A stretch of DNA of 61,729 nt from a virus (taxonomy: Duplodnaviria > Caudoviricetes). Positions 44,403 to 53,599 of this stretch are shown one piece after another. The stretch spans positions 1-61,729 of the IMG/VR virus record IMGVR_UViG_3300043395_000560. One strand, written 5' to 3'. The position numbers were made by a program, and so were the translations under genes. The notes beneath the pieces are model-generated. The model made no database searches. It was not told the DNA's origin and saw only the letters and a list, made by a program, of their open reading frames with translations. The first letter of the stretch is position 1; each line of letters opens with the position of its first letter.

Positions 44403-44855
44403 TCAGACGTTCTGCTGACCAACCAGCGGATCTGCTACGAAGTAAATAATGTAGCCGCCAACAGTGCCAGCGCCCGAACTGTTGTCAGACGATGTGACAT
44501 ACGCCATCGCGGTAGTAGCAGTACCAGTCACAACAGAACCGATCGACGTCGTGCCAGCAGCAGTACTTAGTGCCAGCGCCAAGTTGCCAGCCGATGTGCC
44601 ACTGGTATAACCAGATGTCTTGAGATCGATAGTGCCAGTGCCTGCGTTGTTGATAGCAACAGAAACAACAGTCGCGCCCGCAGGCAGAATCAGATCAGGA
44701 GCGCCAGCAGCGTCAGATACTTTGACAGTCGCGCCAGTAGCAGCAGCGTTCGCAACGTAAAACTGTGCGGCCATCAAGCCAGAGCCACAGTAGGCGGTGC
44801 GAGTTGTGTCGCCGCCGCCCGAACGCCAAATGGATTGGGTGGTAGAAAGTGCCAT
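44403..44855 (-). CDS. Virion (decoration-like) protein
   Basis: ATG 44855 after GAGGG RBS; ILPAGA motif; A/G/T/S-rich. Confidence 0.6.
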   Translation of the reverse strand: MALSTTQSIWRSGGGDTTRTAYCGSGLMAAQFYVANAAATGATVKVSDAAGAPDLILPAGATVVSVAINNAGTGTIDLKTSGYTSGTSAGNLALALSTAAGTTSIGSVVTGTATTAMAYVTSSDNSSGAGTVGGYIIYFVADPLVGQQNV

Positions 44856-44932
44856 GTTTTCCCTCATGCGGTTAGGTACGTCGATCTGCATGAAGTCAGC
44901 CGGGACTGTTCGACGCACCGGGTAACCCGGAT
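44856..44932 (-). ncRNA. Candidate structured 5' leader with a pseudoknot covering the RBS
   Basis: GGUGCGUCGA/UCGACGUACC stem; loop CUUCAUGC pairs with GCAUGAGG, which contains the RBS. Confidence 0.55.
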
Positions 44933-44939
44933 TGAGAGT

Positions 44940-44968
44940 TTTATACTAGGTAGCAGGGGGAGAGTCAA
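44940..44968 (-). promoter_or_regulatory. Sigma70 promoter
   Basis: TTGACT-17 nt-TATAAA on the minus strand, directly before the structured leader. Confidence 0.65.
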
Positions 44969-45536
44969 GTAACTTGTTGGACTTACGAAGGTTTTCTTCC
45001 TGCGTAATGATCCTTAAATTTGCCAAGACATGAAGCCCGCATATTTCTTTCCCATGAAGCGGATAATCATGGTCAACCACATACTTCACCCCAGTTAGTT
45101 TGGTCAGCTTCATCGCCTGCAAGTACAGCTTTCGGATTGCCAACTTCTCTTCTTTAGTCACCCACTTAGGCGTAGCGTTGCGGTGGCGACGCTTGCGGAC
45201 ACTGGTCAGGGCTTTGTAATACTCAGGATTGCGCTCTTTGTGTAAACGCTTGTATTGGGTTACTTCTTCTTTTGGCCGAGCGTTTGCCCTAGCTTTGACC
45301 GCCTCCTTATTCTTTTCGTAGTACCGACGGCCAGCGGCTTTGGCGGCCTCTGACTTAGGCTTCTCCGCGCGCTTCTTATTATCAATTGCCCAGTCTTCTT
45401 TCATGCACTCAACGCAGGATCCTTTGGTCTTGCGTAACGCTACATGCCCACGCGAGCAAGGTTTGCCCGTGTAGTAGAACTTGGCGCCCGTTTGCTTAGC
45501 CGTTGTGCGGTCTTGTGGATATTGAGAGTAGTCCAT
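44946..45536 (-). CDS. HNH endonuclease (putative homing)
   Basis: YYTGKPCSRGH...CVEC; ATPKW...VDHDYPL...CGLHVLANL...N.RKSN. Confidence 0.88.
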   Translation of the reverse strand: MDYSQYPQDRTTAKQTGAKFYYTGKPCSRGHVALRKTKGSCVECMKEDWAIDNKKRAEKPKSEAAKAAGRRYYEKNKEAVKARANARPKEEVTQYKRLHKERNPEYYKALTSVRKRRHRNATPKWVTKEEKLAIRKLYLQAMKLTKLTGVKYVVDHDYPLHGKEICGLHVLANLRIITQEENLRKSNKLLDSPPAT

Positions 45537-45574
45537 TTCTTCCTCCTGTTATACGACACGAGGAATCATACACT

Positions 45575-45603
45575 AAATAAAAACCCCGCGCAAGGCGGGG
45601 TTC
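45575..45603 (-). terminator. Intrinsic terminator after the capsid gene
   Basis: AACCCCGC-CTTGC-GCGGGGTT then TTTATTT. Confidence 0.75.
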
Positions 45604-45633
45604 TCAATCGCGTAAGTGATTGATTTTACTGCA

Positions 45634-46542
45634 TTAAGCCCCAGGTGAACCGAACATTCCGAGCGGGTCTGACCAGCCGAAGCTGTAGCGCTCACGCGCT
45701 TTGTAACGTACATTCCCTGTATCGAAATCTCCGTCCATTGACTGAGACAACGGGGTACGCACAAAGTGCTTCATGCCGTTGGGTACGTCAGTGGTCAGAT
45801 ACCAGGCGTTGATGTCAGTCAAGAAGTGGTTGATCGTATGACCTTCTGGGATCGAACCGTTGCTCTTGATTGCGTTCACGTCGTTGTCGTTAGTGCCAAC
45901 ACGCAGTTCTGTTTCCAGCAGGCGGGTTGCCACGAACTGCAATGCAGGCGGGACAATCAACTTGCGGGGTTTAGCTGCGATCAGCAGACCACGTTCGTCG
46001 GTCCAAGCAGCGATCTGAATCACAGCGTTTTCCAACGATGTTTCATTCAGGTCTGCCGGGGTCGACGGAGTGTTGCTGTTAGTGCCACCAGATACCAGCG
46101 GGTGGTTCTGCGAGAACAGAGCAACGCCGTCGCCACCAGGGTAGCTGTTGGAGAAGCCGTTGTTCAGTACTGCTGCCGCTTTGACCTGCTTGGTATACGA
46201 CATAGCACGAGCCAGCGCCTTGGTATAACGAGCCGATAGGCTGTCATACAGGTTATCTTCGATGGCCTCTTCGGTCAGCGAGAAACCCAGTGCGATGGTT
46301 TCGTGGTTGTAGCGAGCAGTCCAAGCTTCCTGACCGTTGTCGTACGCGATCGCAGAACCTTCGTTCTTGACCGGTGCGGCACTAAAGCCAGACAGTTTGG
46401 TTTCCTCTTCAAAGGAACGCTCTGAGGTCTCTGTTTCGTAGATCTCTTTGTGTTCCTCACCGTAACGCTCATACTCCATGCCAAACAGGGCGTTCAGGCC
46501 AGGGAGTAGCTCTTTCAGTAGTTGTGCGCGTGAAATAGCCAT
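45634..46542 (-). CDS. Major capsid protein
   Basis: MAISRAQLLKELLPGLNALFG...GDFDTGNVRYKARERYSFGWSDP; strong codon bias; followed by a terminator. Confidence 0.9.
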   Translation of the reverse strand: MAISRAQLLKELLPGLNALFGMEYERYGEEHKEIYETETSERSFEEETKLSGFSAAPVKNEGSAIAYDNGQEAWTARYNHETIALGFSLTEEAIEDNLYDSLSARYTKALARAMSYTKQVKAAAVLNNGFSNSYPGGDGVALFSQNHPLVSGGTNSNTPSTPADLNETSLENAVIQIAAWTDERGLLIAAKPRKLIVPPALQFVATRLLETELRVGTNDNDVNAIKSNGSIPEGHTINHFLTDINAWYLTTDVPNGMKHFVRTPLSQSMDGDFDTGNVRYKARERYSFGWSDPLGMFGSPGA

Positions 46543-46552
46543 GTTTTACTCC

Positions 46553-47221
46553 TTAAACGCCAACTGGGTTGTTGTACTGATGGCCACCAGTGACGGTCAC
46601 AGTAGTCGTAACTACGTTCGTCGAGGTGTTCAGCGTGGAAGCCGCAACCATGTAGGGCGCATTGAATTTGCAAATAAACTCGCAGAAACTACCAGTCGAG
46701 TTGGCCGTATCAGGCACAACGTCAATGATACGAATCGGCAGCGATGCGGTAGTAGCTACCGAACCACCGTTAATTGCAACAGCAGAGTCACCCGTAGTAG
46801 TCGAGCCGGGGTTTTGAACCAGCGGTGCGTTCGAGCCAACAACAGTCTGGCCATAGAAAGCCACGACGGTCGTGCCGGAAACAGCAGCCACCTTAAACAA
46901 AACATCAGGATCGTCCACAACATAAGCGTAGGCGTCAGTGGCAACGGTGTTAGCCGGCCAGTACTGAGCTTGCAGCTTCTGCTTGGTTGTCGGATTGGTA
47001 TAAGTGCAGCCCACGAAAACGCCAACAGGGGTTGCAGTAGAAGTACCAGTGTCCTTCTCAACAGTACCAGATGACACTAGCTTAACTACATCGCCGTAGA
47101 AAATGTCAGTGTTGTATTCACTAGCAATTTTCATCAGACGAGTAGAGCCAGCGTACACCTGACCGCCGATCAGGTTCACCGGACGTAGGCCGTAAGGGGC
47201 CGATACAGTCGGATATGCCAT
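46553..47221 (-). CDS. Capsid-associated (decoration/cement-like) protein
   Basis: APYGLRPV...IFYGDVV...GVFVGC...VVDDPD; directly upstream of the MCP. Confidence 0.65.
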   Translation of the reverse strand: MAYPTVSAPYGLRPVNLIGGQVYAGSTRLMKIASEYNTDIFYGDVVKLVSSGTVEKDTGTSTATPVGVFVGCTYTNPTTKQKLQAQYWPANTVATDAYAYVVDDPDVLFKVAAVSGTTVVAFYGQTVVGSNAPLVQNPGSTTTGDSAVAINGGSVATTASLPIRIIDVVPDTANSTGSFCEFICKFNAPYMVAASTLNTSTNVVTTTVTVTGGHQYNNPVGV

Positions 47222-47240
47222 GTCTTACTCCAAAAAAGTG

Positions 47241-47681
47241 TTAGCCCATCTTGGAAACCGAGGATTTCGATTCCTTAAAGAGAGGCATCCGTGGGTCATT
47301 TTGACGCATCAGATTATTGTCCACTGCCGTAAGTTGGCCGTCAGCCTGCTTTTGATAGTAAGCATTACGCTGTTCAACAAACTCAATCGGCGTCTTGCAG
47401 AGCAATAATCCACCGACCTCAACGCTGTCTTTAAATCGACTGTCGGGGTCTACCATCAATTGAAACTGGGGTTGCTCTTCCAACTTCACCGGCTCCCAAC
47501 CCTCACGTTGCTTGGAGGAAATGTTGCGAGCATCAGCTACGTTTAAAGTAGAAACCCTAATCCATCTGTACGCAAAACCTGGCTGCTTGTCCGGTTCCGG
47601 TAATAGTTCCGGTGGCGCCCACGCTTTGGGACGCTCTGCCATGGTTCTCGTTTCAATACTACGTGGTGTTTTATCAGCCAT
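47241..47681 (-). CDS. Conserved head-module protein
   Basis: WAPPELLP...YRWIR...REGWEPV...VGGLLLCK. Confidence 0.7.
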   Translation of the reverse strand: MADKTPRSIETRTMAERPKAWAPPELLPEPDKQPGFAYRWIRVSTLNVADARNISSKQREGWEPVKLEEQPQFQLMVDPDSRFKDSVEVGGLLLCKTPIEFVEQRNAYYQKQADGQLTAVDNNLMRQNDPRMPLFKESKSSVSKMG

Positions 47682-48636
47682 TTGTGGCCTCCAATTTGCG
47701 CATTTCACGGATGTAAGCTTCTGGGGTAATACCCAATTTCTTGATTGTGTTTACCGTTGACTGCTTTAACGTAACCTTTTTGGAGGCCGTCGTGCGGGTC
47801 GCAGGAGCTACAACCGTTGCTGCTTTCTCTGTACGCTGTCGGTTTGTGGACTGCGTTTCTTGCTGCTCTGAAAATGCCTCTGGGAAACGCCGACGCATGG
47901 TGTGGTCGACTTTCTCCCAATACTCATCTGTTGACGGGTAGCTAGGACCATGTTCCGCTACAAGCTTTTGGTGTAAGCCCAGCGCTAAACTGGTCATCTC
48001 TGGGTCCTTCCCGAACCACTGATTGCGCTCTTGCCACGCAAGCATCTTCGGGTCAGGCCGCGCTACCGGCACTTCTGGCTCGCGTTGTACCTCAACTTCC
48101 TGTTGTTGTAAAGCAGGCACGTATTCGTTGGCGCGACGAACTTTGTACTGCGCGTCGTTCAACCGCTCCTGCGCATCTACCAACTTATCAGGATCGCCCA
48201 TGTCATAGGCTTCCTTGTAAGCTCGCTTCGCCGCATCCAACTCCAACTCAGCCGCACTCTTGTACGTATTAATGAAGCTCTGCTCACCCCGAGACAGCCT
48301 GCCCTTGAGAGTTTGGTTCTCTTGGATTACGCGCTTGGCAAACTCAATTGCCTCTTGCTGCTCCCGTAGCGCCTGCTCCTTCTCGCGGCGCTCGTCGTGC
48401 CAGACCTTTTTCATCTGCTTCAGCTTGGTCTTGACGTTCTCGGAATACTCTTCCAACTCGTCCTTGTCCAGCTGCTCAACAACTTCTTGAGGCAAAGGCT
48501 GCCGGCCACGGTCAGGTGGCGGGGTATCGTCTTCTATCTCAATCTCAAATTCCTCTTCCTGATCAGCAGCCTCCGCCTTGAGTTGCTTCTCATCAGGAAA
48601 CTCAAATTCATCCATCTGCATTTGACCTGCCATCAT
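47674..48636 (-). CDS. Scaffolding protein
   Basis: Acidic N-terminus, long coiled coil, KKLGITPEAY end; lies between portal and MCP. Confidence 0.7.
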   Translation of the reverse strand: MMAGQMQMDEFEFPDEKQLKAEAADQEEEFEIEIEDDTPPPDRGRQPLPQEVVEQLDKDELEEYSENVKTKLKQMKKVWHDERREKEQALREQQEAIEFAKRVIQENQTLKGRLSRGEQSFINTYKSAAELELDAAKRAYKEAYDMGDPDKLVDAQERLNDAQYKVRRANEYVPALQQQEVEVQREPEVPVARPDPKMLAWQERNQWFGKDPEMTSLALGLHQKLVAEHGPSYPSTDEYWEKVDHTMRRRFPEAFSEQQETQSTNRQRTEKAATVVAPATRTTASKKVTLKQSTVNTIKKLGITPEAYIREMRKLEATNG

Positions 48637-48648
48637 GTTTCTCCTTTA

Positions 48649-49050
48649 CTAAGCCCGACTAATGCCGCGAGGATCCTGAACTACGGCCTCTACGCAATCG
48701 TCGTTGATAAGACGGAACTCGGTTCCATGAATCTTTAGCCGGGTTCCAGTGTTAGGACGGGCGAGAATGAAATCCCCTTCCTTACACCACGGTCCGTTGG
48801 GAAACCGCTTTTCATCTTTGTAGCAGTCTGGTCCCATCTTTACGACAAAGAACACTGTAGCCAGCACTTGCTCATAGTGGATGGTTGAATCCGCTTTAAG
48901 CAGCCCGCTTTCAAATTTGTCTTCCTTATCTGGCAACGTTACCAGGATGTGGTAACCCGTCGGATCTGGAAGTTGTTTCGCTTTCTCCTCTGCGGTTTGT
49001 GGCAGAGTTGATACTTCACCGCTTTCTGTAGCGATGGCGATTTCAGTCAT
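48649..49050 (-). CDS. GroES-like co-chaperonin
   Basis: PTGYHILV...SGLL...GPDCY...GDFIL...G.EFRLINDD.VEAVV. Confidence 0.8.
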   Translation of the reverse strand: MTEIAIATESGEVSTLPQTAEEKAKQLPDPTGYHILVTLPDKEDKFESGLLKADSTIHYEQVLATVFFVVKMGPDCYKDEKRFPNGPWCKEGDFILARPNTGTRLKIHGTEFRLINDDCVEAVVQDPRGISRA

Positions 49051-49234
49051 CGGAAAACTCCATTTGTTTTGCTAAATCAAGAATGTAACCCTCGGCCATA
49101 GACAGACCTCGGATTTCCCCGCAGAGCTTTTGGTACTCTGCATAGTCCTTAGCCGCGTTGGTGGACACGGCCTCAACTATCTGTTGTCGCTTCTGCCGGA
49201 TTTGCTCCAGCAGTACTTCCAGCGTTCTTTCCAT
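49043..49234 (-). CDS. Small head-module protein
   Basis: DYAEYQKLCGEIRGL; follows the portal. Confidence 0.65.
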   Translation of the reverse strand: MERTLEVLLEQIRQKRQQIVEAVSTNAAKDYAEYQKLCGEIRGLSMAEGYILDLAKQMEFSDD

Positions 49235-49237
49235 AAA

Positions 49238-51712
49238 TTACTCCCTGCCTCTTGTCGGCCTCGGTAATTGCGGACGATTTGCTTCTACCCTGTCTTTTGC
49301 AATCTGAGTGCCTAACCTCACACCCTCTAACTCCATGTGCGCTTCCAGATCTGCCCGGTCTTTGGCAACGCGAGCGCCAACTTGCATACCAGCAATCTCC
49401 TTCTGCGCTTCGATTCTTTCTTCCTCGATACGCAAACGATCTTCTTTTTCCGCCATGTCGGCAGCCAGTTTTTGCTTCTTGAGTTCCAGTTCCTGCATCT
49501 TGATCTGTAGCTCTGCCTGCTGCATCTGAACCACCGGATCCATAGCCATTTGCTGCGCCTGCATCTGCGCCACCTCTGCCTGATCCTTCTGCAACAACTT
49601 GCCTGCCGCAGCCGCCATCATGCGAGATACCTCCACCTCCATCTCCGGCGACAACTCCTTGTCCATATCCGGCAGCGGAACACCCAGCATTTCCTCAATC
49701 TGTTTGCGATACTCAAAAGCCACATGCTCATTAATATGCGCCATCATCGCCGCCGACATAACGCTTGCCTGCGGGTTTTGACCCATGATTTGCATAAGCT
49801 TTGGATCCTGCATAGCCGCCGTGTGAACAGCAATATGCGCCTGATGATCCTGATAAATGAACGCCTTGACCGGCTTCATATTCATGATGGCCATGTTTTC
49901 TGACACAGGATCCTTCGGCTTCTGATCCTCCGCCGACGGCACAAGCTTGCCGATGTTCTTAATACCCAGAACATCCAACATCTGACGGTTCAACTCCACC
50001 ATGTCATATATCTGGGGGTTGGCCTGCGCCATTTGCATCACAGCCTGGTACTGCACCACCTTCTGCGCCATCGTGGCCGAGTTGGGATCGGACACCGGAA
50101 TCACATCCACCTGATCGTAGTCAGACTGTTTCGCGCGGCGCGTACCTTCTACCGGCTCATAGCTGTACTCTTCTGGGGTGTAGTCACGGATGATGTCTTT
50201 CAGCAGTTTTAGTTCCTGCTTCATCGCGTAGTGCATACGCGCCTGCACCGCAGACATCACTTTCAGGGTGCGCTCAAGGATGGCCAGTGTTGTACCAACC
50301 GGCGAGTTGGCCGACATGTCAGCCACTTTGAGATCAGCTGCCGAAGCGAAGCGCCTACCTTCCTCGACAATCTGATTCATCAGGGTCAAGAGAACCTGAC
50401 TTGGCTCCTTATAGGGAAGAGGCAGGATATTGTCTCGAATCGTTCCTGACGCAACGTCCACATCTCGAAACTCTCCCGGTGCAATCGGGGTGTCATCACC
50501 TTTAACTCGCATCCCCTTGGTCTTAAGTCCGCCAGGTAGATTGGATAACGTACCGGCGTCCACGAGCTGGCGAATAATGCTAGTGCCAGACTTAGCGAAA
50601 GCGCCAATAAGATGTATGAGACCAAAGGCATAAAATCCAAACCCCGGTATGTAGGGATAATGGACAAAGTGGGTGCGCTTTTGCTTGGTCTCATCATCAG
50701 GATGCCAGTTACGCCGTATAGCGAGTACCTCCTGCGAAGTTCTCTCCACCGTAACAATATAAGGAAGGCCAATCCCCGTCTCTTTGCCATCATCGTCTTT
50801 GTCCTCATAGCCAGGCAGGTCTAAATACACCTGCATTTCCAGAAGCTTATACCGATCGTCCGTGGTAGCCCGAAATCCCATCTTCTCAGCGATCTTCTTC
50901 TCGATATCGTCCAGTACATTCTGTGGTTCTGGTAGATCGATATCCCGATAGAAGCCGCCAACCATCAACTTACGCAGATCATTCTTGGTCTTGCGCATGA
51001 CATGCGTCACACGCGGCGCCGTTTCCAAGTTACTCGCCCCGTACGGCACAACCACATCCTCCGCCGGCACATATACAGACACCTGACGGTCTAAAGATGG
51101 GTCGAAATACACCTTCTTGAAGCCATTACCCGACAGACCCAAGCCCCATAACATGCGCTCATGCTCTGGCCGGTACTCAACCATGACTTCGGTCAGCTGA
51201 TAATTCATATCATCCCTGACTCGCTCGGCGGCATCCTTCTTTTGGGGCGTTTCCTTCCCGATAATCTTGGTTTTGACCGGCCCAGCGGCAGGGAAAGTTT
51301 CCATGATCGTCTCAGACTGGAACTTAACCAAGGCTTCCGAAAGGAGGGGGTGGTATACCCCGCAAGCACCTTCCCACGGTTCGGAACGTTCTTCAATTTT
51401 CATCCCCAAAAGCTCTAGGCCATCGACATACGTCTGCATCCAGTCCTTCCGGCTGCCAACGTCATCGTCAAAATCAGAGATCAGGTCGCCCGCAATCTCT
51501 TGCAGCACATCATCTGACAGCACTTCGGCCAAGTTGGTGTTGAACTCGTCATCAGCCTCTTCGTCCCGCTCAATTTCAATCTCTAAATCCCCCAGCCCGA
51601 TCGTCACAGACTCAGGATCCTCAATCTCAATCTCAAAATCTGGCTCTTCCTGCGCAATTGCATCCAGTCCAGTCGGTGCTTGGTACAAGGCTTTGTCGAA
51701 ATTCGTTGCCAT
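49238..51712 (-). CDS. Portal protein
   Basis: 824 aa after terL; PWEGACGVYHPLL, GSNL/GTLSNLPGG-type core, Q-rich C-terminal helix. Confidence 0.85.
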   Translation of the reverse strand: MATNFDKALYQAPTGLDAIAQEEPDFEIEIEDPESVTIGLGDLEIEIERDEEADDEFNTNLAEVLSDDVLQEIAGDLISDFDDDVGSRKDWMQTYVDGLELLGMKIEERSEPWEGACGVYHPLLSEALVKFQSETIMETFPAAGPVKTKIIGKETPQKKDAAERVRDDMNYQLTEVMVEYRPEHERMLWGLGLSGNGFKKVYFDPSLDRQVSVYVPAEDVVVPYGASNLETAPRVTHVMRKTKNDLRKLMVGGFYRDIDLPEPQNVLDDIEKKIAEKMGFRATTDDRYKLLEMQVYLDLPGYEDKDDDGKETGIGLPYIVTVERTSQEVLAIRRNWHPDDETKQKRTHFVHYPYIPGFGFYAFGLIHLIGAFAKSGTSIIRQLVDAGTLSNLPGGLKTKGMRVKGDDTPIAPGEFRDVDVASGTIRDNILPLPYKEPSQVLLTLMNQIVEEGRRFASAADLKVADMSANSPVGTTLAILERTLKVMSAVQARMHYAMKQELKLLKDIIRDYTPEEYSYEPVEGTRRAKQSDYDQVDVIPVSDPNSATMAQKVVQYQAVMQMAQANPQIYDMVELNRQMLDVLGIKNIGKLVPSAEDQKPKDPVSENMAIMNMKPVKAFIYQDHQAHIAVHTAAMQDPKLMQIMGQNPQASVMSAAMMAHINEHVAFEYRKQIEEMLGVPLPDMDKELSPEMEVEVSRMMAAAAGKLLQKDQAEVAQMQAQQMAMDPVVQMQQAELQIKMQELELKKQKLAADMAEKEDRLRIEEERIEAQKEIAGMQVGARVAKDRADLEAHMELEGVRLGTQIAKDRVEANRPQLPRPTRGRE

Positions 51713-51721
51713 GGTCTATCC

Positions 51722-53197
51722 TCAGTAGTAGCTTCGCTTACGCCGGAAGCCTAAGTCATCATCATCTTCATCTGAATCCAGTCGCAGGAAGCCGCCTTGG
51801 CGAAATCGCATCAAAGCCTGCACACTGGAGTCCACCAAATCGTCATGTTCCGCGTTCGGGAACCGCGCCATCTCTTCTATCACCTCGTCCGCCCATCTGG
51901 TCTCGGGCGCCCACACTTTACCGGAAGAAAATAGGTCTGTAACGCTGTTCAAACGCACGAACTTGTCATTTCCCCGCGTCGGCGTGTAGTCCTGAACCAT
52001 CACACCCATGCGTCTTAGCTCATATATCAACGGCGCACCCGCCGCTTTTGCTTCAATAATGCAGGAATCCGGCTGCCATTCATCATAAAAACGCTTCGCC
52101 GCCACCTTCAACTCAGGAAACTCCAGCTTTTCCTTGAAAGCATCCAGCAAAATAATGTTCACATCGCTCGGATCCTCATTTAAATGGAACACTCCCCACG
52201 TCGTACACGCAGAATAGTCCGCCCGCTGGCTTTTTGAGTACGCCGTATCCCAACTTTGGATGATAAATTCACACGCCGGCGGCCTTTCCCGCTCCCATCT
52301 GCGCCACCAATCCCGCTTTACGATCGCCCCCTCTTCTCCGGTAGGCTTTTGCTGATACTGCGCGTTCCATTTATACGGCGGAAGTTCTTCTTTTAACGCC
52401 TCTAGCTCCGGTAAAGACCAAAACTCTGGCCACAGCGCATTCCCCGACGGCAAAATCGCCGGCAGTTCTATGACTTCCCACTCCGTACTGTCACTCTTCA
52501 CCACCCGGCCAGTCAGATCTTTGTCACTCCACCGGGTCATCACTACAACTATCGCCCCGCCAGGCTGTAAACGCTGGCGCGGACCTGACGTATACCACTC
52601 ATAAACCCCGTCAAATACGCTCGGATCCCCCTGCGCTAATCTCGCTTCCTGTTCAGAATGGGGATCGTCAATAATCAACAGATCCGCACCCTTACCAGTA
52701 ACCGTACCCCCAACGCCAATCGCAAAATAATCCCCGCCATGACTTGTCGCCCAGCGTCCCGCCGCCTTGGAATCTGCCCTCAATCCCACATTCGGGAAGA
52801 TCTTTGCATATTGATCACTGTCCACTAAGTTCCTGACCTTCCGGCCAAACCCGACCGCCAGTTCCGCCGTGTTAGAAGTCTGGATCACCTTCTTATTCGG
52901 ATACTTCCCCAAAAACCAAGCCGGCAATAAGTAGGAGGCAAACTCACTTTTCGTATGTCGCGGCGGCATGTTGATAATCAGCCGCTTTAACTTCCCCTCC
53001 GCTATCTCCTCAAACTTCTTGGCCATAAGTGCGTGATGTCTGCCATGTATAAATCCCGGCCACATCTCTTTCACAAAAGCCATAAAAGATGCCTGCGCCT
53101 TCTCCCGCACCACCGCATCCCGGTACTGCCCCACCTGCTCCAGCAGCTTCTCCTGCTCAGCGCGCGGCAACTTCCCTATCAGCTCAGAAAGATCCAT
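51722..53197 (-). CDS. terL: Terminase large subunit
   Basis: INMPPRHTKS Walker A, LIIDDPH Walker B, VMTRW, SWDTA and HDDLVD nuclease motifs. Confidence 0.95.
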   Translation of the reverse strand: MDLSELIGKLPRAEQEKLLEQVGQYRDAVVREKAQASFMAFVKEMWPGFIHGRHHALMAKKFEEIAEGKLKRLIINMPPRHTKSEFASYLLPAWFLGKYPNKKVIQTSNTAELAVGFGRKVRNLVDSDQYAKIFPNVGLRADSKAAGRWATSHGGDYFAIGVGGTVTGKGADLLIIDDPHSEQEARLAQGDPSVFDGVYEWYTSGPRQRLQPGGAIVVVMTRWSDKDLTGRVVKSDSTEWEVIELPAILPSGNALWPEFWSLPELEALKEELPPYKWNAQYQQKPTGEEGAIVKRDWWRRWERERPPACEFIIQSWDTAYSKSQRADYSACTTWGVFHLNEDPSDVNIILLDAFKEKLEFPELKVAAKRFYDEWQPDSCIIEAKAAGAPLIYELRRMGVMVQDYTPTRGNDKFVRLNSVTDLFSSGKVWAPETRWADEVIEEMARFPNAEHDDLVDSSVQALMRFRQGGFLRLDSDEDDDDLGFRRKRSYY

Positions 53198-53228
53198 CTC
53201 TTTGATTAATTCGGACTAACCACAAAAT

Positions 53229-53594
53229 TCACTCCAGATACCTAAACTGTATATACACCGGACGCACACTCCTCACCGCCCCCTTCACCTTCTTCAACAC
53301 CCCCAACTTCACTAACCGCCCAATAATCTCACTCGTATTCCCCATCCCACCCTTACCGCGCAACTCACATATATCCCGAATCGACGGCCCAAACCCCTTC
53401 TGCTTCCACCACTCATCCACTATCAAAAACACCTCACGCTGCGCCGGCGTCATCTCCATCCCCTCACATTCCTCATACGTCTTCTCCCGCCTCCTGGCCA
53501 CCATCTCCCTATTTATCAACAATTTGGTGCGCTGCATCACGACACTATTTGGCATAAACACTACGTTCTCAGACCCGAATGGCAACGTTGCCAC
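53229..53594 (-). CDS. LexA N-terminal-like winged-helix protein (start uncertain)
   Basis: MTPAQREVFLIV...GFGPSIRDIC...LVKLGVL...RS. Confidence 0.7.
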   Translation of the reverse strand: MATLPFGSENVVFMPNSVVMQRTKLLINREMVARRREKTYEECEGMEMTPAQREVFLIVDEWWKQKGFGPSIRDICELRGKGGMGNTSEIIGRLVKLGVLKKVKGAVRSVRPVYIQFRYLE

Positions 53595-53599
53595 TCGAC

